Shown here piece by piece: positions 23,454 through 34,858 of a DNA stretch of 47,162 nucleotides. A program made the position numbers and the translations under genes. Each line of letters begins with the position of its first letter. Positions within the stretch are counted from its first letter, which is position 1. The notes beneath the pieces are model-generated. The model was not told the origin of the DNA. It was given only the letters and a program-made list of their open reading frames with translations, and ran no database searches. Location: the NCBI GenBank assembly GCA_947311625.1, contig CAMZKW010000006.1, forward strand, positions 1 through 47,162, given 5' to 3'. The DNA comes from Candidatus Campbellbacteria bacterium (GTDB taxonomy: Bacteria; Patescibacteriota; Minisyncoccia; Phycocordibacterales; GCA-2747955).

Positions 23454-23531
23454 AAAAAATGTTTTTTTTAGTTAAAGATTTAATCTAAAATCAAGAACAA
23501 TTCATTTTAAAAAATATGTTAAAATTAAAAA

Positions 23532-24116
23532 ATGTATGAAATTTATGAAACGGAAGCCTATATTTTTAGGTCCTATAATAATTCAGAAAATGACAAAAGA
23601 ACTTTAATTTTTTCTAAAGACTTTGGATTACTTTGGGTTGATTCTTCTGGAAGTAGAAAAGAGGTTTCTAAATTTAGACCATTTATTCAAGATTTTTCTT
23701 ATTTAAAAATTTTTCTTGTGAGAGGGAAAATGAAATTTCGTGTTACCGGTGGAGATTTAATTTCAAATATTTTTTTTGATTTTAAAGATGCTAAAAAAGA
23801 AAAGGTATTTATTTTAAAAAATTTTTTTAATCTCATAGAAAAAATATTAATAAAAAATCACCCCGAAGAATATATTTTTGATTTGTTAAGTGAATTTATT
23901 TTTGAGTTAAAAAAAAATAATCTAGAAAATTTAAAAAAAATAGAGGTTATATTTACGGTAAAACTTTTAATTTTAGTTGGATATTTTTCCGAAGATTTTT
24001 TAAAAGAAAAGGGATTTGATTTTTCTCAAGAAATTAATGATATTATTTTAGATGAAAATAATATTAAGAGAATTATCAGGGAAATAAATGAGCAATTAAG
24101 AAAAATTGCATTTTAA
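23532..24116 (+). CDS. recO: DNA repair protein RecO
   Basis: TEAYIFRSYNNSENDK..FSKDFG..GSRKEVSK OB-fold pattern; VKLLILVGY. Confidence 0.8.
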   Translation: MYEIYETEAYIFRSYNNSENDKRTLIFSKDFGLLWVDSSGSRKEVSKFRPFIQDFSYLKIFLVRGKMKFRVTGGDLISNIFFDFKDAKKEKVFILKNFFNLIEKILIKNHPEEYIFDLLSEFIFELKKNNLENLKKIEVIFTVKLLILVGYFSEDFLKEKGFDFSQEINDIILDENNIKRIIREINEQLRKIAF

Positions 24117-24149
24117 TTTTTAAAAAAAAAATTATGTTAAAATATAAAA

Positions 24150-24980
24150 ATGAAAAAAGATATTAAATTATTTGATATACATTCTCATCTCCACTCTAAT
24201 TTTTTTAAAGATGATATTGATAAAATTATTCAAGAAATGAAAGAAAAAAATATTTTTACTATTTCCATAGGTGTAACTTTGGAAGATTCAAAAAAGGCTG
24301 TGGAATTATCAGAAAAAAATGAAAATATTTTTTCCACCATTGGAATACACCCTGTTGATGAAAAAGAAGTTTTTAAACCAGAAGAATTTCAAAAATTAAT
24401 AAATAATAATAAAAAGATTGTTGGAATTGGAGAGTGCGGTTTAGATTATTATTGACCAAAAAAAGACTTAGAGTTAGGAAAAATCAATCAGGAAGAATTT
24501 CAAGAAGAAGTTCAAAGACAAAAAATTCTTTTTGAAAGGCAAATAAATTTTGCAATCAAGAATAATCTTCCTTTAATGCTTCATATACGTTCATTTAAAA
24601 ATTCCGATGCTCATTGGGATGCATTTAAAATTTTGGATAGAAAACAAAAAGAAAGTGAAAAAGAAATAAGAGCTAATTTTCATTTTTTTACCGAAGGACC
24701 AGAAATTGTTGATGAAATTATAAAAAGAAATTATTCAATTTCATTGCCAGGAGTTATAACATTTGCTGATCTAGATGAAACCATAAAAAAAATACCTTTG
24801 GAAAATTTAATGTCGGAAACAGATTCCCCCTTTGCAGCACCAAAACCTCATAGGGGAAAAACTAATAATCCAATATATGTTGAAGAAGTGGTAAAAAAAA
24901 TTGCCGAAGTAAAAGAAAAAAGTTTTGAAGAGACAAGCAGAGTCTTAATTGAGAATGCGAAAAAATTTTGAAATATTTAG
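24150..24980 (+). CDS. tatD: TatD family DNase, UGA=Trp
   Basis: DIHSH, GIHP, IGECGLDYY, LMLHIR, ETDSPF. Confidence 0.93.
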
Positions 24981-24986
24981 TTTTTT

Positions 24987-25021
24987 AAATTAGGTGGCGC
25001 GCGGAGCGCGCCACCTAATTT
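24987..25021. repeat. GC-rich palindrome, GGA triloop
   Basis: AAATTAGGTGGCGCGC-GGA-GCGCGCCACCTAATTT. Confidence 0.9.
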
Positions 25022-25042
25022 TTTTATAAAAAAACCCCAAAA

Positions 25043-25231
25043 TCAGAGTTCATAGAACTCTTTTTTTGGTTCCCATTCTTTAGTGAAGGGGTTTTGATAA
25101 AAATATTTTTTAACTGTGGTTAAATTTATTTTTCTCCAATTAGCACCTGTCCCATATTGAAAATAAAGCGAGTTGGATTTTTTGTTAAAAATCATTCTTC
25201 TGGCTTTATTTGTTGTTATTTTCTTTTGCAT
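25043..25231 (-). CDS. Small basic orphan protein (class B)
   Basis: GAGGAG SD, 2 TGG, ends TGA. Confidence 0.6.
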   Translation of the reverse strand: MQKKITTNKARRMIFNKKSNSLYFQYGTGANWRKINLTTVKKYFYQNPFTKEWEPKKEFYEL

Positions 25232-25295
25232 AACATTCTCCTCAAATTTTTTCTTAATTTTAACACATTTTTAAAAAATATGATATAATATTTTC

Positions 25296-25835
25296 ATGTC
25301 AGGACATAATAAATGATCAAAAATAAAACACAAAAAAGCAGCTACTGATGCTGCAAAATCAAAAATTTATACAAAATATAATAAATTAATTCAAGTTGCT
25401 GTTAAAAATGCTGGAGGAGATATAACGGCAGCTTCTGTAGTTTCTATTATTGATGCAGCAAAAAAAGAAAACGTTCCCAAGGATAATATCGATAGGGCTA
25501 TTAAAAAAGCTTCTGGTGCTGATGCAGCACAACTACATGAGGTTTTATATGAAGGTTTTGGTCCAGGAGGTGTAGGAATGCTTATAAAGGCCATTACAGA
25601 TAATACAAATAGAACCGTTAATGAGGTTAAACTTATTTACACAAAAAATGGTGGAACTTTTGCATCTTCTGGTGCTGTTTCATGAGGATTTACTAAAAAT
25701 GATGAAGGTGATTGGGAGGCAAATCCAGGGACAGAGTTAAAATTAAGTGAAGAAGATGAAGAAAAATTAGAAAATCTAATTGAAATTTTCGAAGAAAATG
25801 ATGATATCACTGATGTATATGTTAATGCTGCATAA
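25296..25835 (+). CDS. yebC: YebC/PmpR family protein (shortened), UGA=Trp
   Basis: MSGHNK*SKIKHKK, YEGFGPGG, TDNTNRT, DDITDVYVN; missed by the ORF track. Confidence 0.95.
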
Positions 25836-25905
25836 AAAAAACTACTGAGTAGTTTTTTTAAAATTTTATCTTTGGGAGATTAAAAAAAAATGTTAAAATT
25901 AAAAA

Positions 25906-26424
25906 ATGAAAAAAGTAGAAAAATATCCAAATTTGGAAGGCAAAAAAGCTTCGCTTTTTTGCCTTCCAAATCAAAAGGAAGAAAAAGTTTGTTTAAAAGA
26001 TTTATTAGATCAAGAAAAAAATATTTTATTATTTTTCTATCCCAAAGATATGACTCCTGGTTGTACCACCGAAGCTATTTCTTTTTCTGAAAATTTTAGA
26101 AAATTAAAAAATCAGAATTTAATTATTTATGGAATTTCAAAATTAGATTCAAAATCAAAGCAAAAATTTATTGATAAAAATAATTTAAAAATAAATTTGT
26201 TGTCCGATGAATATTTAAAAATTTGTGATAAATATGGAGTTTGAAGAGACAAAAATATGTACGGAAAAATGGTGAAGGGAATTGCAAGAGAAACTTTTTT
26301 GATTGATGGAGAAAATGGAAAAATTATAAAGCATTGACAAAAGGTAAAACCAGCAGAACATGTGTTAGAAGTTTTAAAATTTGTGAAAGAATTAAATAAA
26401 AAAAAAAATGAAAAAAGAAAATAA
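25906..26424 (+). CDS. bcp: Peroxiredoxin BCP
   Basis: FFYPKDMTPGCTTEA, YGV*RDKNMYGK, RETFLID. Confidence 0.93.
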
Positions 26425-26989
26425 AAAAATAAATAGGTTAATAATTTTAGCCCATCCTTCAAAAGATTCTTTCACTTGAAAAATTGCAAAAAATATCCAG
26501 GAAAAATACCCAGATGCTTTTACAATGGATTTGTATGATGAGAGGTGAAGGCAGAGTTTTTTAGAATTTCATGATGTTAAAAAAGATTGACCTTGTGATG
26601 AAAAAATAAAAAAAATTCAGGAGAAAATATCCTGAGCTAATGAGTTGATTTTTGTTTATCCAGTTTGGTGATATTCTCAGCCGGCAATTTTAAAAAATTT
26701 TATTGATATTAATTTTAGTAATGGTTTTGCTTTTAAGTATTCAGAAAAAGGAACTCCACAAGGACTTTTAAAGAAAAAAAATGCAAGAGTTTTTATGACT
26801 GCTGATAGTCCTAGATTAATTATTTGATTTTATTTAATCTCAATGAGATTAATTTTTGCTATTTCTACTTTAAAATTCTGTGGTTTAAAAATAAAAAATT
26901 TTACAATTTTTTCTGATATGGTAAAAAAAAGAAATGATTCAGATAGAGAAAAAATGTTAAAAAAAGTTTTAGGAATTTTAATTAAATAA
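26408..26989 (+). CDS. Flavodoxin-fold NAD(P)H dehydrogenase (quinone)
   Basis: ILAHP, S*ANELIFVYPVW*YSQPAILKNFID, GFAF; many TGA, missed by the ORF track. Confidence 0.88.
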
Positions 26990-26992
26990 TAT

Positions 26993-27826
26993 ATGTTTAT
27001 AGTAATTTCACCATCAAAGAGTCAAGATTTTGAAAGGTTTGAAAAAAATGGTGGAAAAATTGTCTTAGACAATTTTTCTATCTCCGAATTCCTTTCCGAA
27101 ACTACAAAATTGTCTAAAATTTTAAAAAAATACAAAAAGAAAGATTTAGAAAAAATAATGAAAATTTCTCCTAAATTGGCTGAATTGAATTTTAAGAGAT
27201 TTCAGAATTGAAATAATGATTTTGAGTTTAGGATATCAGATGAAATCACCTCTCCATCAAAATACATCTCCCCAGTAATTTTTGCTTTTACGGGAGATGT
27301 ATACGGAGGATTTGATTTAGAAAATTGAAAAAAAACTGACTTTAATTTTGCTCAAAAACATTTAGGGGTTTTATCAGGGTTTTATGGATTAATTTCTCCT
27401 TTAGATTTAATTAAACCCTATCGTTTAGAAATGGGGGTAAAAATTTCATTTGAGATTGAAGGAGAAAAATATAATAATCTTTATGAATTTTGACAGGAAA
27501 AATTAACAAAAAAAATTAGTAAAATTTTAAAAAAAGAAAAAGTTTTAGTGAATCTTGCTTCCCAGGAATATTTTAAAGGATTAAATAAAAAAGAATTAGA
27601 AAAAGATTTTAGAATTATTTATATAGAATTTAAAATTCAAAAAAAAAAAGAATTAAAGGTTATTGCAATCTATGCTAAAAAAGCTCGAGGAGAAATGGCA
27701 AATTGAATTATAAAAAATAAAATAGAAGAGCTTGGAGATTTAAAAAAATTCTCTGTTTCTGATTGAAAATTTTCTAAAAAAGAATCTATAAAAAATAAAT
27801 TAGTTTTTATAAAAAAAATTTTATAA
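26993..27826 (+). CDS. yaaA: Peroxide stress protein YaaA (DUF328)
   Basis: [41 protein letters not shown]. Confidence 0.92.
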
Positions 27827-27848
27827 AAAATGATATAATAAATTTATT

Positions 27849-28457
27849 ATGTTTACATTACCAAAATTACCATTTGAAATTGATGGGTTAAATCCACTTT
27901 TTACAAAGGAACAATTAGAAATTCATTATACAAAACATCACCAAGCATATTGTGATAATTTTAATAAAGCTTTAAAAAATTTTGAAGTTGAAGGTATGAG
28001 TGAATTAGAAATATTATCAGAGGTTTCAAAATATGATCAGGCTGTTATTAATCATGGAGGAGGTTTTTGAAATCATACTTTTTTCTGAGAATCTTTGGCT
28101 CCAGAAAAACAAGAAATTACATTAGAATTAAAAGAAAAAATTGAAGAATCTTTTGGTTCAGTGGAAATTTTTAAAGATACTTTTTTAACTTCAGCAAAAT
28201 CATTATTTGGTTCTGGTTGAGCTTGATTGATTTTAAATAAAGGGAGTGGAAAATTAGAAATTATTCAGACTCAAAATCAAGATTCTCCAGTAATGGATTT
28301 TATGAAAGAAAGAATTGGAGATAATATTCCACTTTTAAATTTAGATGTTTGAGAACATGCTTATTACGTTGATTACAAAAATGTTAGACCGGAATATGTG
28401 GAAAAAATTTGAGATTTTATAAATTGAGAGAAAGTTACTGAAAGATTAAATCAGTAA
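27849..28457 (+). CDS. sodA: Fe/Mn superoxide dismutase, UGA=Trp
   Basis: HYTKHHQAY, NHGGGF*NHTFF*, FGSG*A*L, DV*EHAYY; 7 in-frame TGA; metal specificity not determined. Confidence 0.95.
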
Positions 28458-28475
28458 TTTTTTTATTAAAAAAAA

Positions 28476-28498
28476 AGGTGGCGGCTTCGCCGCCACCT
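28476..28498. repeat. GC-rich palindrome, GAA triloop on - strand
   Basis: AGGTGGCGGC-TTC-GCCGCCACCT. Confidence 0.9.
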
Positions 28499-28516
28499 CA
28501 GAAGTAATCAAAAAAC

Positions 28517-28556
28517 TTATCCACATCTTGTCATTAAATAAATTTGATGTTTTAAT
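28517..28556 (+). promoter_or_regulatory. DnaA box plus sigma70-like promoter
   Basis: TTATCCACA 28517-28525; TTGTCA 28528-28533, 17 nt, TTTAAT 28551-28556. Confidence 0.5.
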
Positions 28557-28640
28557 TAAATTAGATTATAATTTAGTTAGTTTAAAAATGGTGCTTCTAT
28601 GAGATTAGAAAGAGGTTGGAAAAATAAAAAAGGAGAAAGT

Positions 28641-28996
28641 GTGAAAGACTTAAATTTAAAAAAAAAAACGTTTTGGTGGCGGTATTTTTTATACTTAGTG
28701 TTGTGATTGCTTTTGCAAGTAATAATGACAAGGTATTTATGAGAACTGGATTGGCAGTTATTACGGGAAATAAAGTGGATTTTCAAAATCCACTTCCCGC
28801 AGCTGGTCCAGGACAAAAACTTTGGTCCGTAAAAGGATTTGGGGAAACAAAAAACGGCTTAAAGGTTGCAAAACTTTGGAGCCTATATTTTGACTTCGAA
28901 TCCGGCCCGGGAGTAGAGGTCATAGAAAGTACAAAGTATATTGTACTAGATATGAACTCATATAAAGGTGGCGAGTACACCTTTTCAAATAAATGA
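28641..28996 (+). pseudogene. Secreted orphan protein (class B), frameshift in A11 tract 28658-28668
   Basis: AAAGGAG then GTG 28641; adding one A gives MKDLNLKKKNVLVAVFFILSVVIAFAS signal peptide; 2 TGG; ends TGA before a terminator. Confidence 0.6.
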
Positions 28997-29001
28997 CTCT
29001 T

Positions 29002-29036
29002 TGCAGGTATTCTTTTTTGAATATCCTGCATTTTTT
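29002..29036 (+). terminator. Intrinsic terminator just after a TGA stop
   Basis: TGCAGGTATTC-loop-GAATATCCTGCA plus T6. Confidence 0.65.
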
Positions 29037-29107
29037 ATAGATACTCGTTTTTTATGAGCATTTTCATATTTTTATATTTCTTTTTTTTTTTTTGTTAAAA
29101 TAAACTT

Positions 29108-29959
29108 ATGAATTTATTTAAAAAAATAAAGTTATTAATATTATTTTTTATATTGATAATAATGATTACTAGCACGATTATTAATGCAGAAGATAGAGGG
29201 TCTTTTGAATGTCAACCTTGACAAGAAAAAAATTACCTTGGTAACTGTATTGATAAAGAATTAACAGTAGAAGAAGAATGTGAGAAAAATGGGGGTGTAT
29301 ATTTTTCAAGTGATAAAACATGTTTACCTTCTAGTAATATAAATGTCGATGATTTATCTTCTGATGGTAGTATAGCACCTATTACAGGTGGAAATCCAGA
29401 AGATGCATTAGATGGTGGTGTAACACCGATAATGATTACAGATCTTGAGACTGGGAAACAGAGATTAGAAACTCCAGAAGAAACTTCCGAGAGATTAAAT
29501 CTTGAAAATACAACACCTCCAGTAAATACTATAGAACCACCAAAACCCACAATAAACCCTCAAAGAAAAACCCTCACAGATTATTGTGAAGCTCGTGGAA
29601 AAGATGGAAAAAGCGGAGGTTTTATCAATTATGATGGAGCTTGTGAAAAGAATGAAAGCGCTTTTGGGGAATTAACTTCAACAACAAATAGAGTTTTGAA
29701 ATGGATAGTGAACATGTCTCTTTTGATAGCCGCGGCTATGGCATTTTATGCTGGTTGGTTATATATAGCTTCTGCTACAGATCCAGGGGCTAGATCAAAG
29801 GCAAATAGTATTTTTAAAGGTGTAGCCATAGGATTATTTATAATATTTTCAGCTTGATTAATGGTTAAATTCATATTATTCTTTTTTGCTAAAGGAGAAG
29901 CGACTACAGATAATATAAATGATTATGACAGCGATAATTTTACAGGTTTACAGGAATAA
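29108..29959 (+). CDS. Pilin-like (VirB2/TrbC-like C-terminus) protein with a Cys-containing N-terminal domain
   Basis: Signal peptide, Cys pairs, Pro/Thr linker, AGWLYIASATDPGARSKANSIFKGVAIGLFIIFSA*LMV. Confidence 0.7.
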
Positions 29960-30010
29960 AATTCAATATAAAAAATAATTTTTATTTTTTATATTTTTTT
30001 TAATTTTTAA

Positions 30011-30040
30011 AAAACACTTTGTATTTTACAAAGTGTTTTT
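30011..30040. terminator. Bidirectional terminator-like hairpin
   Basis: AAAACACTTTGTA-ttt-TACAAAGTGTTTT between convergent pilin and tRNA-Glu. Confidence 0.6.
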
Positions 30041-30139
30041 GTTGTGACTACAAAGTGAATCCACCCGTCAACATCACCATATCAATTTTTTAACTGAAAG
30101 GTATGCTATGACATAATTTTACAATGTGTCAACTGTGTG

Positions 30140-30211
30140 TGATCCCACAGAGAATCGAACTCTGATTTCAGGAATGAAAATCCTGCGTCCTAGCCGTTAG
30201 ACGATGGGACC
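30140..30211 (-). tRNA. tRNA-Glu(TTC)
   Basis: GGTCCCA/TGGGATC acceptor, TCGTCTAACGGCTAGGAC D-arm, CAGGA-TT-TTC-AT-TCCTG, GTTCGATTC. Confidence 0.92.
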
Positions 30212-30460
30212 GTTTATTTTTTATTTTTTACTTTTTTTAAAAAGTTCAAAGTAAGAATATTTTAACATAAAAAAAAATAAAAACAAGAGTTTTTATATAT
30301 AATATTCAGAGATATTTAGTGAAAAAATCAATTATTAAAAAATAATAAAATTAAATATTCTAAAGTTTAAATAGTAAAAAAAATATCATAACATTTCATA
30401 TTTTGAGATTTTCATCAATGTCTTTGTTATTGGTAGTCAAAATACAGACTTTTGTCTGTG

Positions 30461-31180
30461 TTATTTTTTTCCAATATTTTTCATTAAAATATTATGTTCC
30501 TTGTTTGTTAGTTTTCTTCAAGAACCTTCTTCTAAATTTCCTAAATTAATATTCATAAATCTTATTCTTTCTAGGTCTTCAACGGAATATCCCAAAGCAG
30601 AACACATTCTACGAATTTGGTGTTTTTTTCCTTCGGTTAAAATTAATTTAAAGCTTCTATTATTTATTTTTTCAATCTTTGCTGGTTTTGTAATATATCC
30701 TTCTATATCAACACCTCTAGCCATTGATTTTAAAAAATTAGAATCCATTTTTTTATCTATTGCAACGTAGTATTCTTTTTCATGTTTGAATTCTGGATTA
30801 AGCATTTTATTCACTAGTCTTCCATCATCAGACATAATCATTAGACCGTGAGACAACTTATCTAATCTTCCTATGGGTGATAATTTTTCTTTAAATGGTA
30901 AAAAATCATTTGGCTCTTCTTCGCTAAATTGTGGGTTATGAGAAACTACTCCAACTGGTTTATTAAAAATTATTATTTTTTTTTGAGATAATTTTTCTTT
31001 TCCTTCTTTCTTTAATTCTACCTTATCATTTTTTTTTATTTGCATTCCTATTTTAGCCATCTTTCCATTTACAAGTATAAGTTTTTTTTCAATAAGTCTA
31101 TCGGCTTCTCTACGAGAACAAATATTTTTTAAATACAGGTATCTATTTATTCTAATGGGGAATTCTATTTTTTCATTCAT
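30461..31180 (-). CDS. rRNA pseudouridine synthase (RsuA/RluB/F family)
   Basis: S4 domain CSRREAD, NKPVG, GRLD, EKEYYV, EGKKHQIRRM; GS*R read-through. Confidence 0.92.
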
Positions 31181-31345
31181 TTAATTATTATATCATAGAA
31201 AATATAGTGAAATTTAGAAATATTTTAATGGTATTTATATTTTTTTTGTGGAGATATATCAACATATAAGATTTAATTTTTTATTTTATATAATAAAAAA
31301 TTGATTTTAATTTTTAATTTTGTTATAATATCAAAACTTTAATAT

Positions 31346-31428
31346 GCGTCTTTGGCTGAGTGGTCAAAAGCAGCGGACTGTAAATCCGCCGGAGTTTTCC
31401 TACGCAGGTTCGAATCCTGCAGGGCGCA
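31346..31428 (+). tRNA. tRNA-Tyr(GTA)
   Basis: GCGGA-CT-GTA-AA-TCCGC anticodon arm, long variable arm, GGTTCGAATCC. Confidence 0.93.
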
Positions 31429-31550
31429 CACTACTACAGAATTCAAACCTGCATAACGTATTTCTAAAGAAATTCAAATAGGTATTTTTCGTAAGCTCAA
31501 AAAAGGTTCGAATCCTGCAGGGCGCACACTACTACAGAATTCAAACCTGC
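31406..31550 (+). repeat. 47-bp direct repeat of the tRNA-Tyr 3' end plus trailer
   Basis: 31406-31452 identical to 31504-31550 (98-bp period). Confidence 0.9.
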
Positions 31551-31624
31551 CAAGGTGTCTCCAGGGAGATTCAGATAAAAGGTTGAAAAAAATGATTGAT
31601 TTAAGTGAGGGGATTAAAATAAAG

Positions 31625-31660
31625 TAACCACATAAATTGCTATAGTAATTTATGTGGTTA
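31625..31660. repeat. Palindrome family copy 2 of 3
   Basis: TAACCACATAAATTGCTA|TAGTAATTTATGTGGTTA. Confidence 0.85.
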
Positions 31661-31691
31661 TTTAGTTTTTTTTTGTTATAATATCTTTATT

Positions 31692-32588
31692 ATGAAAAGA
31701 ATTAAAAAAGGTTGGGAAGTTTTTAAACTTTCCTTTGATATAGCTCAAAAAATGAAATCGCTATGAGCTTTAATTTTAGCTTCAATTTTTACAGAATTTA
31801 TTTTTGTAATAATCACTGGGTTATTAATATTTTTTATAAATTTTGATTCTTTTACAAAAGAAAATTTAGATTTATTTATGGATAAAGTTCAGAATTTACC
31901 TAAATGAGAAATATATAGTTTTTCATTTTTAATGACATATATTTCTATTTTTATAGCAACTTTCTATAATTTTGCCATAAGTTTTAGTATTTTAGAATTT
32001 TTAAATAAAAATAAAAAAGTTTCTTTTGGAGAGGCTATATCATTTTCATCTTCTAGAATATCTGATATAACTATTTGAACTATGGTTTTAGTGACTGTTA
32101 ATATTATTTTTTCAATTTTAAACTCATTGGCAGAAAAATTAGGAAAGATTGGAGAAATAATTATGAGAATAATAAATGGATTTTTAGGTGCAGCTTGAAA
32201 TTTAATGACTTTATTTGTAATTCCTAATTATGTAGAAAATGAAGGTAAAAATGTAAAAGATGTATTGATGGAATCAAAAAATATGTTTGTAAAAACATGG
32301 GGTGAATCAGTGGTCGCCTCAGTCTCAGTTGGATTTTTTACAGTAGTTTTTACATCTGGAATAATTATTATATTAGTAATGGTAACTTTATTTAGTTTTA
32401 CAATAAATCCAGTTTTTGGTATTTCAATATTGGCTTTGAGTTTCTTGATCATTATATTTGTAATTGTTTTCAATTCTGCCATGGATAGAATTTTTAAAAT
32501 TTTATTATATCTTTATGCAAAAAATAATTCCTTACCAGAATGAATTAGTAATCAAGATGTTATTAAAGAAGCTTATTCTAAAAAATAG
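31692..32588 (+). CDS. Polytopic membrane protein (DUF6159-like)
   Basis: RIKKGW N-terminus, A*NLMTLFVIP..SKNMFVKTWGE, LYLYA. Confidence 0.7.
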
Positions 32589-32591
32589 GTT

Positions 32592-32656
32592 TTTTTTAAT
32601 TTAAAACAATAGGGGTCGGCGCTTCACGCCGACCCCCATTGTTTTAAATTAAAAAA
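32592..32656. repeat. Long palindrome with GC core
   Basis: TTTAATTTAAAACAAT.GGGGTCGGCG-CTTCA-CGCCGACCCC.ATTGTTTTAAATTAAA. Confidence 0.9.
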
Positions 32657-32708
32657 TTTAAGTTTTGGCTTTAAATTTGCTATAATTAATTTATTAAATA
32701 AAAAATAT

Positions 32709-34715
32709 ATGACAAAAAAAGATGATTATGGAGCTGATGCAATTTCAGTTTTAGAAGGATTAGAACCCGTTAGAAAAAGGCCGGGAATGTATATTGGTTC
32801 AACTGGTCCCGATGGACTACATACACTTGTGAGAGAGATTTTTGATAACTCACGTGATGAAGCCATGGGTGGTTTTGCCGATAGAATAGAAATAGCAGTT
32901 TTACCAAATGACACAATTAGAATTGTAGATAATGGTAGAGGTATTCCCGTTGATAAACATAAAAAAACTGGAGTTTCTGCTTTAGAAACAATAATGACCG
33001 TTCTTCATGCTGGAGGAAAATTTGGTGGTGAAGAATCTGGTTACAAAATTTCAGGAGGTCTTCATGGAGTTGGTGCTTCCGTTGTTAATGCACTTTCAAC
33101 TTGAACAAAAGCTGAAGTACATAAAGATGGTGGAATTTATATTCAAGAATATGAAAAAGGTATTCCAAAATATTCTGTTAAAAAACTTAAAGAAAAAACA
33201 AAACATCATGGAACAGCAATTTCTTTTACAGCTGATCCATCAATTTTTAAAGAGGGAACAAAATATAATTATAAACTTCTTACTTCAAGATTTAGAGGGC
33301 AAGCATATCTTGTAAAAGGAGTAAAAATAACAATTTTAGATTTAAGAAATTATGAAGGAGAAATACCCAATGAATATTATTTAGAAGATGCTAATTTGCC
33401 AGTAGATTCAGAATCTTTCTATTTTGAAGGTGGATTGGTATCTTTAGTTAGATTTTTAAATAAACACTTAAAACCAATTCATAAAAATATTTTCCATGTA
33501 GAGAAAAAAGTAAATGATAATGGTGAGGCTGTTGAAATTACTTTTCAGTATGCCGATGATATTTCTTCAAGAATTTCTTCATATGCAAATAATATCCCAA
33601 ATCCAGAAGGGGGATATCATTTAACTGGATTTAAGACTGTTCTTACGAGGGCAATGAATTCCTATGCAAAGAAAAATAATATTATAAAAGAAAAAGATGA
33701 AAATCTTCAAGGAGATGATTTGCTTGAAGGTATTACTGCTGTTATTTCTGTTCATTTAGCTGACCCACAATTTGAAGGGCAAACCAAAACAAAACTTGGT
33801 TCTACAGAAGCCAAAGGGATGGTTGAATCTGTTTTTGGAGAAGCTTTAAATGAATTTTTAGAGGAAAACCCGGATGATGCAAAAAACATTCTTAGAAAGG
33901 CAATTATGGCACAAAAAGCTAGAAATGCCGCTAAAGCAGCCAAGGATTCTGTGATGAGAAAAGGTGCTCTTGAAGGGCTTTCACTTCCTGGAAAATTAGC
34001 TGATTGTCAATCTAAAAATCCTTCTGAGTCAGAAGTATTTATTGTGGAGGGAGATTCTGCTGGAGGTTCCGCTAAGCAAGGTAGGGATAGAAGAACTCAA
34101 GCCATTCTTCCACTAAAAGGAAAGATATTAAATGTGGAAAGGGCGAGAATTGATAGAATTTTAGGTTCCGATGAAGTTAGAAATATTATTACCGCTTTGG
34201 GTACTGGAGTTGGAGATTTATTTGATGTTGAAAAATTAAGATATCACAAAATTATTCTTGCCGCCGATGCCGATGTTGATGGAGGTCACATTGTAACTTT
34301 ACTTTTAACATTATTTTATAGATATTTTAAACCAGTAATCGAAGGGGGTTATTTATATATTGCAAACCCTCCTTTATATAAAATTAAAAAAGGAAAGGAA
34401 GAGCACTATGCTTTTACCGATGAAGAAAAACATGATATTCTATTAAAAATGGGTGTTAATGATGAAGAAGAATCCGATGATGAAAATGTTTCCATAGGAA
34501 ATATAAAAATTCAAAGATATAAGGGTCTTGGAGAAATGAACCCGGAAGAGCTTTATGAGACTACGATGGATATTAATAAGAGAATTCTAAAACAGGTTAC
34601 CATTGAAGATGGAGCCATGGCAGATTCGATTTTTGATACTCTAATGGGGGCAGATGTTGCACCGAGAAAATCATTCATTGTGGCAAATGCTAAAATGGCT
34701 GATTTGGATATTTAG
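32709..34715 (+). CDS. gyrB: DNA gyrase subunit B, UGA=Trp
   Basis: [56 protein letters not shown]. Confidence 0.96.
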
Positions 34716-34751
34716 TATAATTATAAAATTAGATATTTTTAGAATTTAAAA

Positions 34752-34782
34752 AAAAAGAGTGCGCCTTCGGCGTGCTCTTTTT
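34752..34782 (+). terminator. GC hairpin after gyrB (palindrome family member)
   Basis: GAGTGCGCC-TTC-GGCGTGCTC with two G.T pairs plus T5. Confidence 0.7.
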
Positions 34783-34828
34783 ACAAAAAAGTTATAAACA
34801 ATATATTAACAAAAAATATTAAAAATCC

Positions 34829-34858
34829 TTGACAAATAAATTATAGTATGATATACTT
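34829..34858 (+). promoter_or_regulatory. sigma70-type promoter
   Basis: TTGACA at 34829, TGATATACT at about 34849-34858. Confidence 0.6.

Noticed and set aside
28517..28525. Replication origin
   Set aside because: Single perfect DnaA box, no cluster, no dnaA/dnaN, no change in gene orientation bias
30140..30211. Possible tRNA-Trp(UCA), because the anticodon loop TTTTCAT contains TCA
   Set aside because: In a 7-nt loop the central triplet is TTC, and the D-arm and acceptor are Glu-like; no UGA-decoding tRNA is in this window
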